NCBI GenBank assembly: GCA_013822735.1
Contig: PNKZ01000022.1
Span: 39,625-103,624, forward strand
Length of the DNA: 64,000 nucleotides
Source: Pirellula sp.
GTDB taxonomy: Bacteria; Planctomycetota; Planctomycetia; Pirellulales; PNKZ01
Direction: 5' to 3'
Below, piece after piece: positions 57,014 to 64,000 of this stretch (position 1 is its first letter; each line of letters starts with the position of its first letter). Both the position numbers and the translations under genes were made by a program. The notes under the pieces are model-generated. The model did not search any database. It saw nothing but the letters and a program-made list of their open reading frames with translations, and was not told the origin of the DNA.

Positions 57014-58693
57014 GTGTCCGACACTCTTCCTTTGGAATCTGCCGCCTACGCCTTGAACGAGCGCTCGCACCCTTCGGAACTCTTCCTCGAACTAACGGTC
57101 GACGACCCGGAGACCATTGCGGCGCTGGTGCAACATGCCGACGGACCCGATCGTGAGAGTTTCGCCCGTCGTGCCTTGCGCATCGGCGTACTGGCGCTCG
57201 GCCAAGCACGAGGACAAATCGATACCTCGGCCGTGCGCGGCGAATGCGAGCGGATGTTGCTGGCGCTGCAAAGCCAATTGCGCGAACATGCCGGCAGCAT
57301 GCAAACACGGCTCTCCGGTACGTTGCAGGAATACTTCGACCCGCAAAACGGCCGGTTTCAAGACCGCGTCGAACGACTGATCAAGCGCGACGGCGAATTG
57401 GAGCAGGTGTTGCGACGCCAGATCGGCGTCGACGATTCGCAACTCGCCAAAACCCTTTCGGCCCACTTCGGCACCGAAAGCCCGCTGATGAAGCGGCTCA
57501 GCCCGCACGAAGCGGAAGGGCTCTTGGCCGCCTTGCGCGATACGTTCGGCAAGCAACTGGAAGTACAACGCGACGCGGTGCTGAAAGAGTTTTCTCTCAA
57601 CAACCGCGACGGCGCGTTGGCCCGGCTCGTCCAAGAACTCACGACCAACCAAGGAAAACTTACCGAAAACCTGCAAGGTCGCATTGATGCGGTCGTCAAA
57701 GAATTCTCGCTCGACGCGGAAGACTCGGCCCTGAGCCGACTGGTAAAGAACGTCACCACGGCTCAGCAAACAATCTCCAGCGAGTTCTCACTCGACAACG
57801 AGAACTCCGCCCTTTCGCGTCTGACCAAGATGCTCAAGTCGGCCGATGCGGCCATCCACGACAATCTCACACTCGATAGCGACACCTCGGCTCTGGCTCG
57901 CCTGAAGCGCGAACTCGTGACGATTCTCGACGCGCAGTCGAAAACGAATCGCGAGTTTCAGGAAGAAGTGAAGGTCGCCATCGCCACGATCACGGCGAAG
58001 AAGCAAGCCGACCAGCAGACGACCCGGCACGGCCTGGTATTCGAACAGGCCATGCACACGTTCCTGCAAGACCTTTGCCGGCAGTCGAACGACATGGTCG
58101 AGTTCACCGGCAACTCCACCGGGCTGATCAAGAATTGCAAAAAGGGGGACTGCCTCGTCGAACTCGGCCCCGAGCACGCGGCGGCCGGCGCGCGCATTTG
58201 CATCGAAGCCAAAGAAGTGGTCGGCTTCGATCTGCGGCAGGCCCGGGCCGAAATCGAAGAAGGACGCAAGAACCGCGACGCGCGGATCGGAATGTTCGTC
58301 TACTCCAAGAAAACGGCCCCCACCGGTCTGGAGCCGATCTCGCGTTTCGGCGACGACGTGTTCGTGATCTGGGACGCTGAAGACGCCACGACCGACATCT
58401 TCCTCAAGCTCGGCCTCACCGTGGCCCGCGCCTTGTGCAGCCGAGCCCAAGCGGAACGGCAGGCCCAACAGGTCGATTTCACCACCGTCGACAAGGCTCT
58501 GCTTGCGATCCAAAAGCGTTACGAAGACTTCGATCAAATCAACAAATACGCCGACTCCATCATCAAGGGGAGCGACGAAATCAAGAACCGCGCCCGCATC
58601 ATGCGCGACGATCTCGAACGCCAAGTCGACCGCGTGGTTCGTCAGATCGACGAATTGAAAGAACTTGTCCATCGCGCCGGGGGAGTCGAGTAA
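57014..58693 (+). CDS. coiled-coil protein with FSLDxxxSALSRL-type repeats and a PD-(D/E)xK-like C-terminal domain (RmuC/DUF2130-like architecture)
   Basis: 559 aa with a GTG start, 112 nt downstream of the giant gene. Repeats span aa 107-297. The putative nuclease pattern is GLVFE(344)..GD(379)CLVEL..ICIE(398)AK(400)E. A C-terminal coiled coil follows. Confidence 0.7.
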   Translation: MSDTLPLESAAYALNERSHPSELFLELTVDDPETIAALVQHADGPDRESFARRALRIGVLALGQARGQIDTSAVRGECERMLLALQSQLREHAGSMQTRLSGTLQEYFDPQNGRFQDRVERLIKRDGELEQVLRRQIGVDDSQLAKTLSAHFGTESPLMKRLSPHEAEGLLAALRDTFGKQLEVQRDAVLKEFSLNNRDGALARLVQELTTNQGKLTENLQGRIDAVVKEFSLDAEDSALSRLVKNVTTAQQTISSEFSLDNENSALSRLTKMLKSADAAIHDNLTLDSDTSALARLKRELVTILDAQSKTNREFQEEVKVAIATITAKKQADQQTTRHGLVFEQAMHTFLQDLCRQSNDMVEFTGNSTGLIKNCKKGDCLVELGPEHAAAGARICIEAKEVVGFDLRQARAEIEEGRKNRDARIGMFVYSKKTAPTGLEPISRFGDDVFVIWDAEDATTDIFLKLGLTVARALCSRAQAERQAQQVDFTTVDKALLAIQKRYEDFDQINKYADSIIKGSDEIKNRARIMRDDLERQVDRVVRQIDELKELVHRAGGVE

Positions 58694-58696
58694 AGA

Positions 58697-59629
58697 ATGT
58701 CCGAACGTGTCTGCTACTTCAACGGCCGCATCATTCCCGAGCGCGATGCGAAGGTCTCGATCTTCGACTCCGCGCTACAAGTCGGCGACATGGCCTTTGA
58801 AGTGACGCGCACTTACAACGGCCGGCCGTTTCGCTTAGACGATCACCTCGAGCGACTCTGGAACAGCCTGACCGCGCTGCGCATCCAACCTGGCCTCACG
58901 CGCGACGAACTCGCCGAAATCACGCTCGACGTACTGGCCCGCAACCAGCCGACGGAAGCGGCCGACGTTGATTGGACGATCCTACACGACGTCTCGCGCG
59001 GTCCCGCCTCCGGCTTCCGTGCGTACTTCACTCCCGACGAACTCCGCGCAACCGTGATCGTCGCCTGCTATCCGCTGGCGGAGAAAATGGCGCAGCTCGC
59101 CCCCGCCTACACCTCGGGCATCGACCTCGTCGTCCCCGATCAGCGCTCGCTCCCGCACGGGCTCCTCAGCGCCTCGATCAAATGCCGCAGTCGGGTTCAC
59201 TACCAACTCGCAAACCTGCAAGCCGACGCCAAGCTGCGCGGCTCGACGGCGATGTTGCTCGACCCGGACGGCTTTGTCACCGAAGGAACCACGGGCAACG
59301 TCTTCTTCGTGCGTAAGGGCGAACTCCTCACGCCGACGACGCGCAACATCCTTTCCGGCGTCACGCGCCGCACGGTGCTCGAACTCGCCGAAGAACTCGC
59401 GATTGCCGCGCGCGAAACCGATGTCACCTTAGACGACGCGCTGGCCGCCGATGAGGCGTTCGTCACCTCAACGAGCATCGGCATCATCCACGCCCGCACG
59501 CTCGAAGGCCGCCCAATCGGCGACGGCAACCTCGGCCCGTTCACGCGGCAATTGCGCGACGCCCTCACCGCGCGCGTCGGCCTCGATTTCGCCGCGCAAG
59601 CGGAAGCGTACGCGGCACGGTTTGCCTAA
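58697..59629 (+). CDS. aminotransferase class IV family protein (divergent paralogue)
   Basis: 310 aa with a fold-type IV pattern, a putative catalytic Lys in SIKCRSRVHYQLA, and EGTTGNVFF. The ATG is 3 nt after the upstream stop codon. Confidence 0.8.
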   Translation: MSERVCYFNGRIIPERDAKVSIFDSALQVGDMAFEVTRTYNGRPFRLDDHLERLWNSLTALRIQPGLTRDELAEITLDVLARNQPTEAADVDWTILHDVSRGPASGFRAYFTPDELRATVIVACYPLAEKMAQLAPAYTSGIDLVVPDQRSLPHGLLSASIKCRSRVHYQLANLQADAKLRGSTAMLLDPDGFVTEGTTGNVFFVRKGELLTPTTRNILSGVTRRTVLELAEELAIAARETDVTLDDALAADEAFVTSTSIGIIHARTLEGRPIGDGNLGPFTRQLRDALTARVGLDFAAQAEAYAARFA

Positions 59630-59780
59630 CTCTCGCAGCGCCGTGGGGCGGCACCCGTAAACGCCGCAAATTCCGCGGCATTTGCCCCATTTCCCAAGGC
59701 CCGAACCTCACGGGCCCCCGCCTTGTCGAGTATCCGCGTCGTGACTAAGCTAGTAGTTTCTTTAATTTGCGGAGTTCGTC

Positions 59781-60281
59781 ATGCGTCATGTGCTGTCGGC
59801 CGTCGTGCAGAACCTCCCGGGCGTGCTTGCGCACATCTCGGGCATGCTCGCATCGCGCGGCTACAACATCGACAGTTTGGCCGTCGGTGCTACGGAAAAC
59901 CCTGAATTTTCGCGGATGACGTTCGTCATCGTCGGCGACGATGCCGTGCTCGAACAGGTCCGCAAACAGCTGGCGAAGATCGTCACGGTCGTCAAGGTCG
60001 ACGACATTAGCTCCCGCGATTACGTCGAACGCGATCTGATGCTCATCAAGGTCTCGGCCGAACCCGGCTTGCAGCGGAGCGCCGTCAAGGAACTGACCGA
60101 CATTTTCCGCGGCCGCGTCGTCGACATCGGCGGTACGGAAGTGATCGTCGAGATCTCCGGCCAAGAGCGGAAGATCGAAGCGTTCATCGAATTGATGCGT
60201 CCCTACGGCATCAAGGAAGTTGTGCGAACCGGACGCATCGCGATGGTCCGCTGTGCGAAACCTTCGGAAGCGGCGGTTTAA
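59781..60281 (+). CDS. ilvN: acetolactate synthase small (regulatory) subunit
   Basis: 166 aa with an ACT-domain start (HVLSAVVQNLPGVLAHISGMLASRGYNIDSLAVG) and an IlvH-type C-terminal domain. Confidence 0.9.
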   Translation: MRHVLSAVVQNLPGVLAHISGMLASRGYNIDSLAVGATENPEFSRMTFVIVGDDAVLEQVRKQLAKIVTVVKVDDISSRDYVERDLMLIKVSAEPGLQRSAVKELTDIFRGRVVDIGGTEVIVEISGQERKIEAFIELMRPYGIKEVVRTGRIAMVRCAKPSEAAV

Positions 60282-60374
60282 GTCGCGCTTCGAACTCAGT
60301 CGGCGCGCCGAGTCGAGCTCGGCGGCTAAATATACAAACCAAGAACTAAGAACCTCGAACGAAGAACCCCCACC

Positions 60375-61379
60375 ATGCCCGCCACGATTTATTACGACAA
60401 AGACGCCGATCTCGCCGCCCTTAAGGGAAAGACCATTGCCATCATCGGCTACGGCTCCCAAGGGCACGCTCAAGCCCAGAACCTCCGCGACTCGGGCCTG
60501 AACGTCATCATCGGCCAGCGCCCGGGCAGCCCCAACTACGACCTGGCCGTGAGCCACGGGTTCAAGCCGATGTCGGCCGCCGACGCCACGAAGGCCGCCG
60601 ACGTCATCAACATTCTCCTGCCGGACGAAGTGCAGGGAGACGTCTACCGCGCCGACATCAAGCCGAACCTGAAGAAGGGCGCCATCTTGATGTGCTCGCA
60701 CGGGTTCAACATCCACTTCGGCCAAGTCGAACCGCCCGCCGGCCACGATGCGTTGCTCGTCGCCCCAAAAGGCCCCGGCCACTTGGTGCGTAGCGAGTTC
60801 GAAAAGGGGGGCGGCGTGCCGTGCCTCATCGCTTTGAGCAACGGCGCGAGCGAAGAAACTCGGAAGATCGGCCTCGCATACGCCAAGGGCATCGGCGGCA
60901 CCCGCGGCGGCGTCATCGAGACGACGTTTGCCGAAGAAACCGAAACCGACCTCTTCGGTGAGCAAGTCGTGCTCTGCGGCGGCGTCAGCGCGCTGGTGAA
61001 GGCCGGCTACGAGACGCTCGTCGAAGCCGGCTACCAACCGGAAATGGCCTACTTCGAATGCATGCACGAGCTCAAGCTGATCGTTGATCTCTTCTACCAG
61101 GGCGGCTTGAACTACATGCGTTACAGCGTGTCGAACACGGCCGAATACGGCGACTACACGCGCGGCCCGCGGATCGTCACGGAAGAGACGAAGAAGGAAA
61201 TGAAGAAGATCCTATACGAAATCCAAAGCGGCCAATTTGCCCGCGATTGGCTGTTGGAAAACAAGGCGAACGCCCCGGCGTTCAAGGCCACGCGCCGCCG
61301 CGAACGGAACCATCCGATCGAAGTCGTCGGCAAGCAACTCCGCCGCCTCATGAGTTGGATCAAGGCGAAAGAAGTCTAA
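60375..61379 (+). CDS. ilvC: ketol-acid reductoisomerase (class I)
   Basis: 334 aa with [17 protein letters not shown] and the LFGEQ..LCGG motifs. Confidence 0.95.
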   Translation: MPATIYYDKDADLAALKGKTIAIIGYGSQGHAQAQNLRDSGLNVIIGQRPGSPNYDLAVSHGFKPMSAADATKAADVINILLPDEVQGDVYRADIKPNLKKGAILMCSHGFNIHFGQVEPPAGHDALLVAPKGPGHLVRSEFEKGGGVPCLIALSNGASEETRKIGLAYAKGIGGTRGGVIETTFAEETETDLFGEQVVLCGGVSALVKAGYETLVEAGYQPEMAYFECMHELKLIVDLFYQGGLNYMRYSVSNTAEYGDYTRGPRIVTEETKKEMKKILYEIQSGQFARDWLLENKANAPAFKATRRRERNHPIEVVGKQLRRLMSWIKAKEV

Positions 61380-61454
61380 AAAATCGATTAAGAGGCCGCC
61401 GGCGGACTCGCTCCGCCGGTTGCCTCCCGGGATCGCATCGGGAACAATACGGAT

Positions 61455-61772
61455 ATGAGCAATCTTCCCATCGCGCCGGGTACTCCGGCACCGGGCGTTA
61501 CCGAGCGCAGCGAACTTACGACCCGCGACGAAGTGAATTCGTTGCGCGAGGGCGATCGGGTCGAGATCACCCACGAGGTCAAGGTCGGCCTCAAGGTTTG
61601 GTCGACGACCACGGTCGGCACGGTCGAGCGCATCGAGCGCCGCCGCCAAGGCCTGCACTTCCGCCGCAACATGGACGACAAAGCGTTTTGCGACCTGATC
61701 GTCTTGCGACTACCAGACAGCTCGCTGACGACGGTGACGATGGACGAGTTCTCCCGGTTGCGGAAGTTATGA
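61455..61772 (+). CDS. small hypothetical protein
   Basis: 105 aa with an ATG start and coding-like composition. Its TGA stop lies inside the AGTTATGA repeat. Confidence 0.55.
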   Translation: MSNLPIAPGTPAPGVTERSELTTRDEVNSLREGDRVEITHEVKVGLKVWSTTTVGTVERIERRRQGLHFRRNMDDKAFCDLIVLRLPDSSLTTVTMDEFSRLRKL

Positions 61773-61850
61773 GTTATGAATTGGGAGTTATGACGCGGGA
61801 AGGCTTTTGTTCCGCAACTCATAATTCATAACTCCCGACTCATAACTCTT
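61765..61850. repeat. AGTTATGA/TCATAACT inverted-repeat element bridging a stop codon and the next start codon
   Basis: Left arm 61765..61793 agttatgagttatgaattgggagttatga and right arm 61817..61850 actcataattcataactcccgactcataactctt. The right arm ends at the nucleotide before the radical SAM ATG (61851). Confidence 0.65.
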
Positions 61851-62717
61851 ATGTCCCTCTTCACCTCGCATCCCCGATCGTTTGAGACGAACCGGTTCGT
61901 CTATCCGGTCGTCAGTCGTCGCAGCGGCGGCGTCTCCATCGGGGTGAATCTCAATCCCGACAAAGTCTGCAACTTCGATTGCATCTATTGTCAGGTCGAT
62001 CGCGTCAGCGCGGCGGAAACAAAGTTCGTCGACATGAGCCAATTGCTCGACGAGCTTGATCACATGCTCGACCTCGTAGCGAGCGGCAAGCTTTACGAGC
62101 AAGGCAAGTTCTCCGCGACGCCGGCGCACTTGCGACGCTTGAACGACATCGCCTTCTCCGGCGACGGCGAACCGACGACCTATCGCAACTTCGACGAGAT
62201 CATCGCCGCCTGCGCGGAACTGAAGCGCAAGCACAAGCTCGACGATGTGAAGCTCGTACTGATCACGAATGCGAGCATGTTCCATCGGCCGGTCGTCGAG
62301 CGCGGATTGGAAATCCTCGACCAAAACAACGGCGAAATTTGGGCCAAGCTCGAAGCCGGTACCGAAGACTACTTTAAGCTCGTCGATCGCACGGTCATTC
62401 CGTTCCGCCAAATCGTCGACAACATCTCGGCCGCCGCGAAGGTGCGGCCGCTCGTGATTCAGGCCCTCTTCATGCGCGTCGCCGGCGAAGCTCCCCCCGC
62501 CGCCGAGCTGGAAGCCTTCTGTGATCGGCTTAACGAAATCACCACGGCCGGCGGCAAGCTCAAGCTCGTGCAGGTCTACACCGTCGCACGTCGTCCGGCC
62601 GAAAGCTATGTCGCCCCGCTCACGAATGCCGAGGTGGACGCGATCGTCGCCCTCGTGCAAGCCCGCACCGGCCTCGCGGCGGAAGCGTTTTACGGCGCGG
62701 CGGCGAGCGACGCTTAA
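61851..62717 (+). CDS. radical SAM protein
   Basis: CxxxCxxC cluster CNFDCIYC near the N-terminus, plus the SGDGEPT motif. Confidence 0.8.
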   Translation: MSLFTSHPRSFETNRFVYPVVSRRSGGVSIGVNLNPDKVCNFDCIYCQVDRVSAAETKFVDMSQLLDELDHMLDLVASGKLYEQGKFSATPAHLRRLNDIAFSGDGEPTTYRNFDEIIAACAELKRKHKLDDVKLVLITNASMFHRPVVERGLEILDQNNGEIWAKLEAGTEDYFKLVDRTVIPFRQIVDNISAAAKVRPLVIQALFMRVAGEAPPAAELEAFCDRLNEITTAGGKLKLVQVYTVARRPAESYVAPLTNAEVDAIVALVQARTGLAAEAFYGAAASDA

Positions 62718-62796
62718 CAGTCGCGTCTGTTAAGATGGTCTGACGGCGAAGCCTTTTTCTCGACGTCGTTTTATCGAAACTAGAGCCGGCGATCTC

Positions 62797-64000
62797 ATGC
62801 CCCAGTTCTCCACCGCCCAAATTCTCGACTCCGCCGACGCCGCGCTGCTCGACGTGCAAACCAGCGCCGCCGGTCCGCAAGGCGCGCTACCGCTGACGGC
62901 CGAAATGCTCCGCGACGCTCCGAGCGGCGACCTGTTCGGTCTCACGCAAAACGCCGGCATGGGCTGGCCGCCGCAGGAAATGCTCGGGCCGCAGTTCGTG
63001 CTGCTCAGCACCCAAGGGGGCGTGCGCGCCGAAGACGGTACGCCCATTGCGCTCGGCTACCATACCGGCCACTGGGAAGTCGGGCTGCTTGTGCAAGCCG
63101 CGGCCCGCGAATTGAAGCAAGCCGGCGGCGTGCCGTTTGCCGCCTTCGTATCCGACCCGTGCGACGGCCGCTCGCAAGGGACGACCGGCATGTTCGATAG
63201 CCTGCCGTATCGCAACGATGCCGCGACCGTCTTGCGCCGGCTCATTCGTTCGTTGCCGACGCGCCGCGGAGTGCTTGGCGTCGCCACGTGCGATAAAGGA
63301 CTTCCCGCCATGATGATGGCGCTCGCCGGCGCACGGTCGCTCCCATGCGTGCTGGTGCCGGGCGGCGTGACGCTTCCGCCGACCGAAGGGGAAGATGCGG
63401 GCAAGATCCAGTCGATCGGCGCCCGCTTCGCGCACGGCGAGATCTCGCTCGAAGAAGCGGCGGCCCTCGGTTGCCGTGCCTGCGCATCACCCGGCGGAGG
63501 TTGCCAATTCTTAGGAACCGCAGCCACTAGCCAAGTCGTGGCCGAAGCGCTTGGACTGGCCTTGCCGCATTCCGCGCTCGCTCCCAGCGGGCAACCGATC
63601 TGGCTCGACGCCGCCCGACGCAGCGCGCGAGCCCTCTTCGAACAAGCCCGTCGCGGCATCAAGCTGAGCGACATTCTCACGGAAGCCGCAGTGCGCAACG
63701 CGATGGTCGTCCACGCGGCCTGCGGCGGTAGCACAAACCTGTTGCTGCACATTCCGGCCGTCGCGTTTACGGCCGGCCTCCGACGCCCGACGGTCGACGA
63801 TTGGAACGCCGTCAACCGCACGACGCCCCGTTTGGTCGACGCCCTACCGAACGGCCCCGTCGGCCATCCGACGGTCCGCGTATTCCTCGCCGGCGGCGTG
63901 CCGGAAATCATGCTGCAATTGCGCGGGCTCGGCTTGCTCGATCTCGACGTTCTAACGGCCGCCGGCATTCCGCTAGGCGACGTGCTCGCGTGGTGGGAAA
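62797..64000 (+). CDS. IlvD/Edd-family dehydratase, YjhG/YagF (sugar-acid/xylonate dehydratase)-like, truncated at the right edge
   Basis: ATG at 62797 opens a stop-free frame to nt 64000 ([12 protein letters not shown]..). Motifs [36 protein letters not shown] and [14 protein letters not shown] closely resemble E. coli YjhG as I recall it. It is missing from the ORF track because it is truncated. Confidence 0.85.
   Translation, partial: MPQFSTAQILDSADAALLDVQTSAAGPQGALPLTAEMLRDAPSGDLFGLTQNAGMGWPPQEMLGPQFVLLSTQGGVRAEDGTPIALGYHTGHWEVGLLVQAAARELKQAGGVPFAAFVSDPCDGRSQGTTGMFDSLPYRNDAATVLRRLIRSLPTRRGVLGVATCDKGLPAMMMALAGARSLPCVLVPGGVTLPPTEGEDAGKIQSIGARFAHGEISLEEAAALGCRACASPGGGCQFLGTAATSQVVAEALGLALPHSALAPSGQPIWLDAARRSARALFEQARRGIKLSDILTEAAVRNAMVVHAACGGSTNLLLHIPAVAFTAGLRRPTVDDWNAVNRTTPRLVDALPNGPVGHPTVRVFLAGGVPEIMLQLRGLGLLDLDVLTAAGIPLGDVLAWWE

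Overview
The window looks like a GC-rich, gene-dense core-chromosome segment of a Planctomycetota genome, probably Pirellulales-like. That placement rests on protein signatures, Tat-signal Gfo/Idh/MocA oxidoreductases, an FwdA/FhcA homologue and the style of intergenic repeats. All calls were made by eye from the ORF track and the sequence, with no searches run.

I support about 48 protein-coding genes and 2 tRNAs, Ser-GCU and Cys-GCA.
- Housekeeping genes: lysS, groES-groEL, pfkA, fumC, lysA, holB, tal, ribD, ilvE, ilvN, ilvC, and a lolD/lolE-type ABC pair.
- Redox and respiratory genes: a dihaem cytochrome c, an octahaem cytochrome-TPR protein, and three Gfo/Idh/MocA oxidoreductases.
- Signalling genes: a Ser/Thr kinase with a Cache-like ectodomain, directly followed by an FHA-adenylate cyclase.
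- Also present: a secreted BNR-sialidase-like protein fused to a mutarotase-like Kelch domain, and several lineage-specific hypotheticals.

I saw no transposase, integrase, prophage, CRISPR array or rRNA, and no obvious compositional island. The many long antisense ORFs are the shadow ORFs expected in GC-rich DNA.

The most unusual items are:
1. An uncharacterised two-gene module at 52900-58693. It pairs a 1333-aa helical giant protein with a 559-aa coiled-coil protein carrying a sixfold FSLDxxxSALSRL-type repeat and a PD-(D/E)xK-like C-terminal core.
2. A dense population of at least eight families of short palindromic intergenic repeats. Some abut start codons, some sit on stop codons, and one flanks groES on both sides.
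3. A nested three-hairpin palindromic element at 11117-11252.
4. The sialidase-mutarotase fusion and its downstream oxidoreductase and deacetylase genes.

None of these is proven novel. Each needs database and structure searches that I cannot run.
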